Made by a program: the position numbers and the translations under genes | Shown here: in pieces, positions 61,818 to 64,000 of the stretch | Layout: every line of letters starts with the position of its first letter | Position numbering within the stretch: the first letter of the stretch is position 1 | Notes under the pieces: generated by a model | Databases searched by the model: none | Told to the model about the DNA's origin: nothing | The model's input: the letters and a program-made list of their open reading frames with translations, nothing else | Origin: Hydrolagus colliei | Taxonomy: Eukaryota | Assembly (NCBI GenBank): GCA_035084275.1 | Contig: CM068755.1 | Location: 8,804,001-8,868,000 of the forward strand | Length of the DNA stretch: 64,000 nucleotides | Direction of reading: 5' to 3'

Positions 61818-62542
61818 TAATCACTTTCCTCAGGAAGTTGATGTCTATCATGTCTACTGTGGACTTCCAATGCACTTTCGATGTTCCCGTTAAGTGGTGC
61901 TGACATAATGCAAGGATAGTTGATTTGGTTGAAATGTGACAAGTGCTGAACTGTTTTTATTGCTGTATTCTGTAAACCTAGGAGGTGACTCTGTCCTTTG
62001 TGTTTGGGCTACTGCTAATTCCCCACTAGAGCTATTTGTCTCTGTTTCATTCCTTCATCTTTTAATGTTTTTCCTTGTGTTTGTCCATTGCCCCTTTAAA
62101 AGCTGTTAGACCATGTCTTAAATTCTCAACTATTGTTACTGATTTATTGATCAGCAGTTTAACAAAAATGTACAGAATTTTGAAAACCTCCACAAGATGC
62201 TCTTGAAACTTCTCTGCTTCAATGAAACCTGACCCAAATTTGAAGTATTTCAATGCACTATAACCCATGAACTCTGGTCTAATTTTTTCAATTACTGTTT
62301 TCACTTCTACGCAGGGAAACTGGTCCCGCCAATCTTCGATTGTTAGCTTTCCCTAAATATAAATCATTCTCTAAGGTCTCTTATTCCAGATATGTCAACA
62401 GATTTCATGAAATATATAATGCACCATCATTCAAGAAATTGATTAATATTAAAACGTGTGAAAATCTTCCTCAATTTAAAAATGAAAAACCTGCTTATTG
62501 CAGTTCAATTCAAAACAAATATTCTATCTTTGTCAAAACTAG

Positions 62543-62676
62543 TGATGAACAGTGTGAGCTGGCATATCCGCTGCCCACTTGGGTTTTCAGTGGTTCCCCT
62601 GAATCAAGACATTTATCCCAAGTTAATGGCCGAGCACGGGAGACATGGCATGCGTGTGGATAACCTACCTGTGCAG
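62543..62676 (+). CDS. CCDC33: CCDC33 coding exon 11 (VMNSVSWHIRCPLGFSVVPLNQDIYPKLMAEHGRHGMRVDNLPVQ)
   Basis: Acceptor tgtcaaaactag, phase 1 in, donor CAG|GTGAGT phase 0 out. Matches recalled human WTLNQPLGISVLPL...GLHVERLPI. Confidence 0.92.
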
Positions 62677-62682
62677 GTGAGT

Positions 62683-62805
62683 TGCATGTGGCCAACATGC
62701 ATTTTACCTAAAATGTACAGTCATCACACTTTGCAGTAAATTATTTGAAGCACTTTGATACATTTTGACTGTGATAAAACATTGTCAAATACAAGGATTA
62801 TTATT
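62683..62805 (+). mobile_element. Degenerate tRNA-SINE 3' fragment
   Basis: tacagtcatcacactttgcagta...tcaaatacaaggattattatt. Confidence 0.7.
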
Positions 62806-63202
62806 TCATTAGGAACGGTGATGCTTACATAGTTGTAATGTAATTCATGTGAAGGATGTTGCAGTTGTGATATTGTGTTCTAAGGTATATAATGCTACAA
62901 AAGTATTTCACACAAGAGTATAGTATATGGGGTTATCAGGAACAGTGTTAAGGTAACACAGGAATCATTCAAGAAACTACTTAATGCTCAAATGGGAGAT
63001 GGTTTGGTGCCTGCTCTGGAAGTACTGCATCAGGTCAAATGGACTTCTTTCCTCCAAATCTCTTGTAATCAAAGAACAATAGACTTAAATAAGTCAAACT
63101 TCTTTACCATAACCCCTTCCTTGAGTTTATGGTAGCACTGCATTTGGTGGAGTTTCCCTTTGTCTATGCCAGTTAATGTTTAATAATTTGTGTTTTGCAC
63201 AG

Positions 63203-63274
63203 GGCACCAGCTTGCAAACAGTGTTCAATACCAAGCCAACAGTGGGGCTTATTCTCCGACTTATTGGCTCAGAG
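63203..63274 (+). CDS. CCDC33: CCDC33 coding exon 12 (GTSLQTVFNTKPTVGLILRLIGSE); gene continues beyond the window
   Basis: Acceptor gttttgcacag, donor GAG|GTAAGA, phase 0-0. Matches recalled human [24 protein letters not shown]. Confidence 0.92.
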
Positions 63275-64000
63275 GTAAGATGGAATAGAACTAAATTACT
63301 AGGAATGCTAATTGTGATTTTGTATGTGGGAATGAAACATTAGCCCTGCATAATCGAATGAGTGTGGCAGGCTTTTCAATCTGATAGTGTCAATTGTTAT
63401 TTTTATCCAGGGGTCATCCTCTCATCCCTCCACCAAGTGGCCATTGAACCTTTCTGAGCCTTGCCATTGAGTATCACCCAGTTCTTCAGCCTTCGAAGCA
63501 GCATAGATGATCTTAGCTTGTGGGATTGGGGAGAAAAGTTCTTTACAGATTGAATGGATAGTTTTACTGTGGTCCATAATATGCCAAACATAACAATCCT
63601 TTCACTATATCTTTATAAGAGTCATTTTGTTGAGTACCAAAACTTGTTTCTTTTGATTTTTTAATCAAAAACATTTCTTAGAGGATATTAAAAAATGGAA
63701 AATGAGTAGGTGCATATAAATGTGCTCCAGAGCCAGGTGTAGTTTTGGTCTTGTGTGTAATTAAGGGTCACTGAATGAAGATGAATGTTTCAGGCTAGGA
63801 CAATTCTATACCATAAAGTGCTCCTCTGTCCCTCAGCTGTTAAAACTCTGTTCAGATAATCATGTTATGAAATATTTCAATATTTTTTAAAACCTCCCTT
63901 GACTTCACAACAATTATTCCGGAAATAATGTTGGAAGAAAAACAGCAGTTCAGCAGGATGGAAGGGAAATGCTGGGGCACTCAAAAAGTAAAGCATTCAG

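Overview
This is eukaryotic vertebrate genomic DNA, AT-rich, intron-dominated and repeat-rich. The repeat content suggests a cartilaginous fish, probably a chimaera such as Callorhinchus milii (inference from the tRNA-derived L2-tailed SINEs, Deu-domain SINEs and many L2 fragments). The main feature is the 5' two-thirds of CCDC33 on the + strand. I traced 12 GT-AG coding exons by hand (7146-63274); their splice phases are all compatible and give 656 uninterrupted codons matching the C2-domain region of human CCDC33 as I recall it. The coiled-coil C-terminus lies beyond the window. A CpG-enriched region at about 2.8-4.4 kb looks like the promoter and non-coding first exon of a divergent minus-strand gene; STRA6 is the human syntenic neighbour, but no STRA6 coding sequence is visible. 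Nearly all other ORFs in the track are noise or repeat-derived. I found no new protein-coding system. The best leads are (1) a putative promoter built inside an old L2 LINE, (2) a candidate internal CCDC33 promoter with an RFX X-box and a Met-only first exon, (3) a foldback-type DNA element with a 9-bp TSD carrying telomere-like repeats, (4) a hAT element with a copy of its own end nested inside it, (5) a SINE with twin-priming geometry, and (6) inverted SINE/L2 pairs that could form dsRNA, circRNA or miRNA-like hairpins. Repeat boundaries without TSDs are approximate, and family names come from recall rather than a database search.
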